NCBI GenBank assembly: GCA_963850315.1
Contig: CAWKKN010000006.1
Span: forward strand, 4,843-68,842
Length of the DNA stretch: 64,000 nucleotides
Direction: 5' to 3'
Source: an uncultured Actinomycetes bacterium
GTDB taxonomy: Bacteria; Actinomycetota; UBA4738; HRBIN12
Part shown: piece after piece, positions 33,226 through 40,827 of the stretch
Numbering within the stretch: position 1 is the stretch's first letter
Layout: every line of letters begins with the position of its first letter
The notes under the pieces: generated by a model
Seen by the model: the letters and a program-made list of their open reading frames with translations, nothing else
Database searches by the model: none
What the model was told of the DNA's origin: nothing
Program-made: the position numbers and the translations under genes

Positions 33226-33227
33226 AC

Positions 33228-33692
33228 ATGGAAAGCGTACGTCACCACCAGGGCGCCAGCATGACGCGCCCCGCAGAACTCGCACCCGGCGAACTCGTCT
33301 GGGCGAGCATCGTGAACGGCATCGAGAACCCGCTCGCGCGCGGGAAGGCGAGGCCGGTCGTCCTGGTCGAGCCCAGCGGCTGGGCGTGGAAGACGATCGG
33401 GCTCACGACCCGCCCGCGCCACTACGACGGGACCCCGAGGGTTGCGATCCCGAACCCGCACGCGGTCGGTCTCAAGTTCCCCGGATGGCTGTGGAGCGGC
33501 AAGCTGTGCTTCACGTCCGGCATCGACATCCAGGACCACATCGGGTGGGTCGACATGCCGTTGGCGTTCGAGGTCACCAAGCTCGCGGGTCTCGGGGGGC
33601 CGACCATCCACGAGCTGCTCGCCGCAGCCCGTGAGCACCACGATGCGCCGGTTCGCACCGACCTCTCCGTGATCGAAAGGGGGTCGGCATGA
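33228..33692 (+). CDS. PemK/MazF-like endoribonuclease-fold protein
   Basis: PGELVWA...GKARPVVLV...IGLTT resembles the MazF GDIxW...KxRPxLV...PxTS pattern. Confidence 0.55.
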   Translation: MESVRHHQGASMTRPAELAPGELVWASIVNGIENPLARGKARPVVLVEPSGWAWKTIGLTTRPRHYDGTPRVAIPNPHAVGLKFPGWLWSGKLCFTSGIDIQDHIGWVDMPLAFEVTKLAGLGGPTIHELLAAAREHHDAPVRTDLSVIERGSA

Positions 33693-34402
33693 GCGGCAGG
33701 AACGGATCCACCAACGTGGTGAAGCTCGCGCCGAGCAGCCTGACCTTCCTGTGGGATGAGTGCCAGAGGTGCTTCTGGCTCTCCGCGCGCGGCGTGTTGA
33801 AGCGTCCGGCGGGGATCTTCCCCAAGGTCTTCACCATGCTCGACAACCAGACGAAGGACTTCTTCTACAACAAGCGCTCGGAGGTGATGGCCGAAGGGCT
33901 GCGCCCAGGTCGCGTCGCCTTCGGCGACCGTTGGGTCCGTTCGAGGCCGCTGCCCGTCCCGGGACACGACACCAAGGTCACACTCCAGGGGAAGATCGAC
34001 ACGGCGCTCGCGTATGACGACGGCTCGTTCGGGATCGTCGACTTCAAGACGTCGGAGCCGAAGGCCAGCCACGTCGACTTCTACGGACGCCAGTTGGCCA
34101 GCTACGCCCTGGCAGCGGAGAACCCGGTCGAGGGTGCCCTCGATCTGGCCCCGGTGAGCCAGTTGGGTCTGCTGTGCGTGGAGCCGGTCGCCATGATCGG
34201 TGTCGGGGACGACGTCGCCTACAAGGGAATGACGCACTTCCTCGAGATCGAGCGTGACGACGACGCCTTCATGGCATTCCTCTCCCAGGTCCTCTACGTC
34301 CTGGAGAAGCCCGAACCACCGCCAGCAGGTGCGAAGTGCGGGTACTGCGCGTACCTCGCGAACGGATCGCTCGTGCTCCTGACGGGGAGTTTCGGCCCCT
34401 GA
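33689..34402 (+). CDS. PD-(D/E)XK nuclease (RecB/AddB/Cas4-like) with four cysteines
   Basis: APSSL...ECQRCFW, GKID...IVDFKT, QLASY, CGYC; ATGA overlap with the upstream gene. Confidence 0.88.
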   Translation: MSGRNGSTNVVKLAPSSLTFLWDECQRCFWLSARGVLKRPAGIFPKVFTMLDNQTKDFFYNKRSEVMAEGLRPGRVAFGDRWVRSRPLPVPGHDTKVTLQGKIDTALAYDDGSFGIVDFKTSEPKASHVDFYGRQLASYALAAENPVEGALDLAPVSQLGLLCVEPVAMIGVGDDVAYKGMTHFLEIERDDDAFMAFLSQVLYVLEKPEPPPAGAKCGYCAYLANGSLVLLTGSFGP

Positions 34403-34564
34403 CCGGTCTTGCTGTTAGCCACGCGCAGGGTCGCCATACCTAGTAGAGGCCAACGCCTGGGCCTCGACCGACCTGAAGAAAGTTTCCAGGCCGTAGTGCA
34501 GAACCCCGCCCGTAGCCGCGGGAAGGGGTGAGGGGCGACGTGCGCCCCACATGTGAGGTTCACC

Positions 34565-35485
34565 ATGAGCAGCAACAACAAGAAGGACATCGAGCGCCGC
34601 ATCGAGGGGTACATCCCCCGCGACATCCCCGCGCCGGTGTGGGAGGAGAAGCTCCGCCCGTTCGTCATACCGGCCCTCCACGCCGCAGCCCCCGCTGGCC
34701 TGCCGGCGATGGAGCGCGATGCGAGGGTCCTCACCCTGATCGCCGCGTGGTGCGTGAAGGAGGGGATGCCGCTCGAGATCGAGCTCGTGCTCGACCCCGA
34801 CACGGTAGAGCGTTTCTGCTCGAAGGGGCTCAAGAAGACGGCGTCCCGTCCCTCCTACCGGGCGACGCTCCGCAAGCTCGGCCGCGAGCTGACCACGACG
34901 GCGCCGTGGGAGCCGCGCCCGGAGCCCATGCCGGCCCGTCTCCCCGCGCCGCCGTACTCCAAGGCCGAGCTGGTGGCCCTCATCGAGGACGCCGCCCGCC
35001 AGTCGACGCCGGGAAGGAAGCGCAAGGCCCAGACGCTCATCGCCCTCGGCGTCGGCGCCGGCCTTGACGGCCGCTGGGCGAGGAACGTGCGCGGCACCGA
35101 TGTGATCAGGATCGGCTGGGGTGTGGGCGCCAAGGTCGGCGCTCCCAGCCCGCGTGTGGTGCCGGTCCTCGCCGCCTACGAGGAAGAGATCGTCCGCCTG
35201 GCCGAGGAGGCCGGCGACGAGTACCTCGTGGGCGGCAGCACGACCCACAGGAACCGCACGAACGAGATCGCGGCACGCTTCGAGGACGGCCACAACCACC
35301 CGAAGCTGTCGTCTGCTCGCCTGCGCTCCACGTGGATCGTCACGCACCTCACCATGGGAACCCGTCTGCCGGAACTTCTCGCCGCGGCCGGGACGAAGCG
35401 CATCGAGACCTTCGACGCTCTCCTCAAGTACGTGCCGGAGATGGACGCGGCGAAGGCCCTGGACATGCTGCGGGGGTCGGAGTGA
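34565..35485 (+). CDS. tyrosine-recombinase-fold protein with a degenerate active site
   Basis: PYSKAEL...IALGVGAGLDGRW...VRGTDV...RVVPV...SSARLRSTWIVTHL...AAGTK...KY follows the phage-integrase box I/II layout. Confidence 0.65.
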   Translation: MSSNNKKDIERRIEGYIPRDIPAPVWEEKLRPFVIPALHAAAPAGLPAMERDARVLTLIAAWCVKEGMPLEIELVLDPDTVERFCSKGLKKTASRPSYRATLRKLGRELTTTAPWEPRPEPMPARLPAPPYSKAELVALIEDAARQSTPGRKRKAQTLIALGVGAGLDGRWARNVRGTDVIRIGWGVGAKVGAPSPRVVPVLAAYEEEIVRLAEEAGDEYLVGGSTTHRNRTNEIAARFEDGHNHPKLSSARLRSTWIVTHLTMGTRLPELLAAAGTKRIETFDALLKYVPEMDAAKALDMLRGSE

Positions 35486-37218
35486 GCGACACGACCCGCC
35501 GCTCGAGGGCGCCGATCGACACCTCTGGGAGTCGCCCACCGACGCCGGCCGAGTTCACCACTGCGAGGCGCATCATCGCGAGGTCCGGCGTCCTGCCCGT
35601 GCTGCAAGACCGCCTCGATCATGCCGATGGTCGCCCGCGCTCGCTGAGCGTTGAGGGCCTGCTCGTAGCGATGCAGATCAACGGCCTCGTTCGCCACCAC
35701 CAGGGGATCCTCGCTGGGTTCGCCCGCGTGTTGAACTCCCTCACCGATCGCCAGCGCACCACCCTCGGGATCAGGAACTGGAACCCGGCCCAGGCGTACG
35801 ACCGCGTCGACCAACTCTTCAACCTGCTCGCCAAGGCGACCGAACAGGGCTGGGATGCGGTGATCGATGGACAACCTGTTCGCATCGATGACGACTGGGT
35901 TCCGGACAGGCTCGTGGCCGCGAGCCTCCAAGACCTTCCAGCCTGGAGTAGCAGCATCGCTGTGGACGGGACCGACATCGACACGTGGGCGAAGAGGCCC
36001 GCGTGGGTCGATGACGTGGATCTTGAGTTCGATGGGGATCACGATCACCAGATCCCAGCGGTCCTTGCTCCCAGTAGGAAGAAGGGGGAGAAGAAGCCAA
36101 TCCCCGCGTACGGATACGACGAGCAAGGAGAGCCGATCTTCACCAGGGATCGCGACGCTCGCTGGGGACACCGCTCAGCGACGAGCAGCCGCAGCAGCGG
36201 CAGCTACATCGGTTACGAGCTGCACACGGCCGTGCTCGCCCGTGACACAGCGTGGTCCGACGGGATCCGCAAGCTCAAGCTGGGCCCCGACGTCCCGCCG
36301 GTGATCACCATGATCTCGCTGGTGCCCGCGGGCTCGAAGCGCGACGCCGCGGTGGTGCCCAAGCTCATCGCGGCGAAGGAGACTGGCTTCGATGTCGACG
36401 ACCTCATCTGGGACCGCGGGTACTCGCAGCTCCTCCCGGAGAACACCTCACACCCTCTGCACCGCGCGGGGATCGGGCAGACCTTCCGCCCGAAGGACCA
36501 CCAGCGGGGCCGCAAGCCGTTCCGTGACGATGCACTCTTGATCGAGGGGCAACTCGTGAACGCCCATGTCCCCGAGGAGCTCCAGGGTCTGTTGCCGATG
36601 CCGTCGATGAAGGCCACCGCCGAGGAGAGCGCGAAGTACGAGGAGCCGTTCAACCGCCTGGCCCGGTACCGCCTCGAGCGCCACGCCGGCCCTGACGACG
36701 AAGGGGCGACCAGGTGGAGGTGCCCGTTCTGCGCCGGCCGCTTGCGCTCACGCCAGATCCCAGCATCCATGCGGAGGTCACGCACCACCCCGCTCGTGGA
36801 CCTTCCACCCGGCGCGACATGCTGTAACGGCATCGTCACCGCTTCGGCGGAGGAGCTCCCCCATCGGCAGAACTTCTTCCCGGGGACGACCGCGTGGCGC
36901 AACTCGTACAACCGCCGTCAGGTCGTCGAGGGCGTGAACGGAATGCTGAAGGGCGGTTTCGTCAACATCCAGCACAAGTTCTTCCGCGTGTTCGGTCTCA
37001 CCAAGACGAAGCTCCTGCTCGCGTTCACCGTGGTCGGGTACAACCTCGAGGCCATCCGCTCGTTCCTCGCGAAGAAGGCCGCCAAGGCGGTCACCTTCGC
37101 GAAGAGCCAGGTGAACAGGAAGAAACGCCGCAAGGGAACGTGGACTCAGATCCTCGGATCACCTGATCAGTCGGTATCCGACCTGACGGAATCCGGGCGC
37201 GCACCTCCGACGACCTGA
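35482..37218 (+). CDS. DDE transposase of the IS4 superfamily (IS1182/IS5-like), ~578 aa
   Basis: AVDGTD, DARWGHR...YIGYELH, IWDRGYS, and Y-x2-R-x3-E-x6-K (YNRRQVVEGVNGMLK); CPFC/CC insertion; GTGA overlap with the upstream gene. Confidence 0.85.
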   Translation: MSDTTRRSRAPIDTSGSRPPTPAEFTTARRIIARSGVLPVLQDRLDHADGRPRSLSVEGLLVAMQINGLVRHHQGILAGFARVLNSLTDRQRTTLGIRNWNPAQAYDRVDQLFNLLAKATEQGWDAVIDGQPVRIDDDWVPDRLVAASLQDLPAWSSSIAVDGTDIDTWAKRPAWVDDVDLEFDGDHDHQIPAVLAPSRKKGEKKPIPAYGYDEQGEPIFTRDRDARWGHRSATSSRSSGSYIGYELHTAVLARDTAWSDGIRKLKLGPDVPPVITMISLVPAGSKRDAAVVPKLIAAKETGFDVDDLIWDRGYSQLLPENTSHPLHRAGIGQTFRPKDHQRGRKPFRDDALLIEGQLVNAHVPEELQGLLPMPSMKATAEESAKYEEPFNRLARYRLERHAGPDDEGATRWRCPFCAGRLRSRQIPASMRRSRTTPLVDLPPGATCCNGIVTASAEELPHRQNFFPGTTAWRNSYNRRQVVEGVNGMLKGGFVNIQHKFFRVFGLTKTKLLLAFTVVGYNLEAIRSFLAKKAAKAVTFAKSQVNRKKRRKGTWTQILGSPDQSVSDLTESGRAPPTT

Positions 37219-37250
37219 TCCGCACCGGTCCACACCACTCGTTCTTGATC

Positions 37251-37284
37251 AAGGACGTCATCGGCATGTTTCGACGACGTCCTT
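37251..37284 (+). terminator. hairpin downstream of the transposase, possible intrinsic terminator
   Basis: AAGGACGTC...GACGTCCTT stem with a weak pyrimidine tail. Confidence 0.5.
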
Positions 37285-37403
37285 CGTGCTTTCAAGCGGC
37301 TGACACCGACCGAATGGACGACGCCGGCGCCCGGCTCGGTGCTGTTCGTGCCTCCAAAGGACCCGCGATCGCGCTGGACGCTGATCCAGTGCTTCTTCAG
37401 CGG

Positions 37404-37436
37404 AGTTCTGAGATGTCAGGGGCTCCAGTTATGAGA
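37404..37436. repeat. two 10-bp direct repeats 23 bp apart, candidate transposase-binding sites of an element end
   Basis: AGTTCTGAGA (37404-37413) and AGTTATGAGA (37427-37436). Confidence 0.5.
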
Positions 37437-37443
37437 ACACCCC

Positions 37444-37459
37444 TGAGTGGGAGGAGGAG
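37444..37459. repeat. 16-bp direct repeat of the tRNA-Tyr 3' end (target site duplication)
   Basis: TGAGTGGGAGGAGGAG identical at 37444-37459 and 38735-38750. Confidence 0.9.
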
Positions 37460-38734
37460 TGTTTGGTTTCACGACATAGTTGACAGATGTCTCGTGACAT
37501 CGTTGACACCCCTGGTGAGGGGGTGGAGCGATGTCGGAGTCGTTGGCTCGGGTGGTGGTCACCGCTGTGCTGGTGGAGGGCCGGTCCAAGGCGGAGGTGG
37601 CCCGGGACTACGGGTTGTCGCGGCAGTGGGTCCACGAGTTGGTGCGACGATACGAGGCCGAACGGGACGAGGGTCTGGTTCCCCGCAGCCGGCGGCCGAG
37701 GTCGAACCCGAGGAGCACACCCGAGGCGCTCGAAGACCGGATCGTCGCGCTGCGGAAGGAGCTGGACGACCAGGGGCTCGATGCAGGCGCCCACACCATC
37801 GCCTACCACCTGGAACATCGCGGGATCACACCACCGTCGGTTGCGACGATCTGGCGGATCCTTTCGCGTCGTGGCTTCATCACCCCCCAGCCCCAGAAGC
37901 GTCCGAAGAGTGCCTCGATCCGGTTCTGCGCCGAGATGCCCAACGAGCGTTGGCAAGAAGACACGACGCACTGGGCCCTGGCCAACGGCACCGACGTCGA
38001 GATCTTGAACGCGATCGATGACCATTCGCGGTTCCTCGTCGGATCGGATGCCCGGGTGGTGTTCAAGGCTGCCGACGTGGTGGCGTGCTTCCATCTGGCC
38101 GCTGCGGCCCACGGCTTCCCGGCGGAGCTGCTCACCGACAACGGGGCGGTGTTCACGGCTGCTCCCCGGGGTGGGCGCTGCGCGATCGAGCTCGAGTGCG
38201 ACCGGTTGGGGATCCGCGACATCAACTCCCGTCCCTACCACCCCCAGACCTGCGGCAAGGTGGAGCGGTTCCACCAGACGTTGAAGAAGTGGCTCGCCAA
38301 GCAGGACGCACCCGCGACGATCTCCGAGCTCCAGGGGCTGCTCGACCGCTTCCGCACCTACTACAACGACGTGCGTCCCCACCGGGGCATCGGACGGCGC
38401 CCACCGGCGGCGGCATACGCAGCCAGGCCGAAGGACTGCCCGCGGGGACCGGTGATCGAGGGGACCTACCGGGTGCGGAGGGACCGGATCGACGGCGGTG
38501 GGGCGGTCACCCTTCGATACGACTCGAAGCTGTTGCACATCAAGGTGGGCAGGCGCTACGCCGGGGTGCGAGTGCTCCTGCTCGTGGCCGGGCTCGACGT
38601 GCGGATCGTGACCGAAGACGGTGCGCTCCTGCGCGCGCTCACGATCGATCCCGCGCGGAGCTACCAGGGACTCGGGAAGCGATGACGTGCAAGGATGTCG
38701 TGAGACAGGTGTCGTCGATGTCGCGAGACATCAA
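37460..38734 (+). mobile_element. IS481-family insertion sequence
   Basis: starts TGT; iterated imperfect inverted ends (GTTTCACGACATAGTTGACA and GTCTCGTGACATCGTTGACA versus ATGTCGTGAGACA and ATGTCGCGAGACA); single transposase. Confidence 0.9.
37531..38685 (+). CDS. IS481-family transposase
   Basis: N-terminal HTH, PNERWQED, IDDHSR, LTDNG, QTCGKVERFHQTLK, YNDVRPHRGI. Confidence 0.95.
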   Translation: MSESLARVVVTAVLVEGRSKAEVARDYGLSRQWVHELVRRYEAERDEGLVPRSRRPRSNPRSTPEALEDRIVALRKELDDQGLDAGAHTIAYHLEHRGITPPSVATIWRILSRRGFITPQPQKRPKSASIRFCAEMPNERWQEDTTHWALANGTDVEILNAIDDHSRFLVGSDARVVFKAADVVACFHLAAAAHGFPAELLTDNGAVFTAAPRGGRCAIELECDRLGIRDINSRPYHPQTCGKVERFHQTLKKWLAKQDAPATISELQGLLDRFRTYYNDVRPHRGIGRRPPAAAYAARPKDCPRGPVIEGTYRVRRDRIDGGGAVTLRYDSKLLHIKVGRRYAGVRVLLLVAGLDVRIVTEDGALLRALTIDPARSYQGLGKR

Positions 38735-38738
38735 TGAG

Positions 38739-38820
38739 TGGGAGGAGGAGGATTCGAACCTCCGTAGGCTACGCCGGCGATTTTACAGACCGCTCCCTTT
38801 GGCCGCTCGGGCATCCTCCC
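38739..38820 (-). tRNA. tRNA-Tyr(GTA), CCA not encoded
   Basis: GGGAGGATGCCCGAGCGGCCAAAGGGAGCGGTCTGTAAAATCGCCGGCGTAGCCTACGGAGGTTCGAATCCTCCTCCTCCCA: cloverleaf, long variable arm, GTTCGAAT T-loop. Confidence 0.97.
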
Positions 38821-38833
38821 GTCGTACGCACCA

Positions 38834-38863
38834 AGGATAGCGAACGCCGCCCTGGGCTATCCT
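38834..38863. promoter_or_regulatory. back-to-back -10 elements for tRNA-Tyr and leaderless yajQ
   Basis: AGGATAGC...GCTATCCT gives TATCCT on both strands; the plus copy is 6 nt before ATG 38870. Confidence 0.5.
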
Positions 38864-38869
38864 GCCGCT

Positions 38870-39367
38870 ATGGCCAAGGATCAGTTCAGCTTCGACATCG
38901 TCTCCGAGGTGGACCTGCAGGAAGTGCGCAACGCCGTGGACCAGGCCTCCCGCGAGATCTCGCAGCGCTTCGATTTCAAGGGCACCGAGACCACCGTCAC
39001 GCTTGCTGAGGACAAGATCGAGCTTCACTCTAGCACCGAGGACCGCCTCAAGGCCGCTTGGCAGGTCCTGCAGGAACGCGTGGTGAAACGCGGCGTCCCC
39101 CTGAAGGCGCTCCAGCCCGGCACCGTCCAGGATGCCGCGAAGGGCACGGCCCGACAGACGATCTCGATCCTCACGGGCATCAGCGATGAGAAGACCAAGG
39201 AGCTGTCCAAGTTCGTACGGCAGGCCGTGCCGAAGGTGCAGACCCAGATCCAGGGTGCCCAGGTGCGCGTCCTTGGCAAGAACAAGGACGACCTGCAGGC
39301 CGCGATCCGTGCCGTGAAGGAACACGACTTCGGGATCGCCCTGCAGTTCACGAACTACCGGCCCTGA
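38870..39367 (+). CDS. yajQ: YajQ family nucleotide/c-di-GMP-binding protein
   Basis: SFDIVSEVDLQEVRNAVDQA...RFDFKGT...QIQG...KDDLQ...LQFTNYR. Confidence 0.97.
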   Translation: MAKDQFSFDIVSEVDLQEVRNAVDQASREISQRFDFKGTETTVTLAEDKIELHSSTEDRLKAAWQVLQERVVKRGVPLKALQPGTVQDAAKGTARQTISILTGISDEKTKELSKFVRQAVPKVQTQIQGAQVRVLGKNKDDLQAAIRAVKEHDFGIALQFTNYRP

Positions 39368-39421
39368 TCGACCTCGTTGCCCAGCACTGGACGCGAAGGG
39401 TAGGCTTCTGCAACTCAGGGG

Positions 39422-40813
39422 GTGATACGCGTGGACCTCGACCGGTTGAAGGCGCGCGCGGCGGAGATCGCCGAGAAGGAAAGCAAGCAATGGCTCGTCA
39501 AGACGCAGGCGTCCGAGCGCCTATTCCAACGAGCGATCAAGAGCCTGCCCAGCGGCGTGGTATCCAACTTCCAGGCGGGAGACCCCTACCCCGTCTACCT
39601 CGCCCACGGCAAGGGCTCAACCGTCACCGACGTCGACGGCAATATCTATCGCGACTTCCACGGTGGCTTCGGCGTCAACGTCGTCGGCCACGCGCATCCC
39701 AAGATCGTCGAAGCGATCAAGGCTGCGGCCGAGGACGCGATCCACTTCGCCGTCACCACCGAGAAGACCGTCGCCCTCGCGGAGGCGATCTGCGAGCGCT
39801 TCCGGTGCGAGCAGATGCGTTTCGTGAACTCCGGCACCGAGGCCACGATGGACGCCATCCGCGTCGCGCGCGCCGCCACCGGCCGGGACAAGCTCGTGAA
39901 GATGGAGGGCTCCTACCACGGCCACCACGACTCGGTCTTGTTCTCCGTTGTCCCGGAGGCCGACGTCCTGGATCTGCGTCACAACGTCAACGAAACGGGG
40001 AAGCCCTGGTACACCACACGGCCCACCTCGAAGGGGGTGCCGAAGGCCCTTTGGGACACGACGATCATCGTGCCGTTCAACGACGCCTCGGCCGTGGAGC
40101 AGGCCTTCGTCGACAACCCGGGTGAGATCGCCGCGGTGATCCTGGAGCCCGTGATGATGAACATCGGGATCGTCGTCCCGAAGGACGGGTACCTCCAGGC
40201 GTTGAAGGACGCCTGTGAACGTCACGGCGCGATCCTCATCTTCGACGAGGTGAAGTGCGGCGGCACGATCGCCTACGGTGGCGCCGCCGAGCGCTTCGGC
40301 GTGCAGCCGCACCTAGCCGCGTGGGCGAAGGCGATCGGTGGTGGCTCCACGATCGGCGCCTTCGGCGGCGACGCGGGCATCATGGACTTCGTCACGAAGG
40401 GTGCCGCGCAGCAGGGCACCTTCAACGGCAACCCGCTGTCGGCCTCTGTCGGCCTCGTGGCGCTCACCCAGGTGCTCACGCGCGACGCCTACGACCACCT
40501 CGGGAAGCTCGGCACGCTGCTCGCCGAGGGCTGCGACCGTGCGATCGAGGAGGCGGGCATCCCGGCCCACACGGTGGACCTCGGCGCGAAGGGCTGCGTG
40601 TCCTATCGCGCCGAGCCGCTCACGAACTACCGGGACTTCCTGGAGACGATCCCCGAGATCTACTGGGGCTCCTACCCGTGGATGGTGAACCGGGGCATCT
40701 TCATGACGCCGGGCGACGAAGAGCAGTGGACGGTCTCCGTGCAACACACGGAGGAGGACGTCCAGGTCTATGTCGACGCGTTCGGGGAGTTCTGCCAGGA
40801 GCTCACGAGATAG
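39422..40813 (+). CDS. class III aminotransferase (HemL/GSA-aminomutase-like)
   Basis: FVNSGTEATMDAIR, GSYHGH, ILIFDEVK, AKAIGGG, GTFNGNP. Confidence 0.9.
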   Translation: MIRVDLDRLKARAAEIAEKESKQWLVKTQASERLFQRAIKSLPSGVVSNFQAGDPYPVYLAHGKGSTVTDVDGNIYRDFHGGFGVNVVGHAHPKIVEAIKAAAEDAIHFAVTTEKTVALAEAICERFRCEQMRFVNSGTEATMDAIRVARAATGRDKLVKMEGSYHGHHDSVLFSVVPEADVLDLRHNVNETGKPWYTTRPTSKGVPKALWDTTIIVPFNDASAVEQAFVDNPGEIAAVILEPVMMNIGIVVPKDGYLQALKDACERHGAILIFDEVKCGGTIAYGGAAERFGVQPHLAAWAKAIGGGSTIGAFGGDAGIMDFVTKGAAQQGTFNGNPLSASVGLVALTQVLTRDAYDHLGKLGTLLAEGCDRAIEEAGIPAHTVDLGAKGCVSYRAEPLTNYRDFLETIPEIYWGSYPWMVNRGIFMTPGDEEQWTVSVQHTEEDVQVYVDAFGEFCQELTR

Positions 40814-40827
40814 CCGTAGCGGGTTCC

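Noticed and set aside
33689-34402. Cas4-like nuclease as a sign of a CRISPR system
   Set aside because: No repeat-spacer array, cas1 or cas2 seen anywhere in the window
34395-34403. GCCCCTGAC inverted relative to 37415-37423 as a left terminal repeat
   Set aside because: Only 9 bp, overlaps the nuclease stop codon and lacks the iterated TCTCAKAACT motif
34639-34648. GTGGGAGGAG matching the tRNA 3' end as a possible att site
   Set aside because: Only 10 bp and inside an intact coding region (VWEE); likely chance
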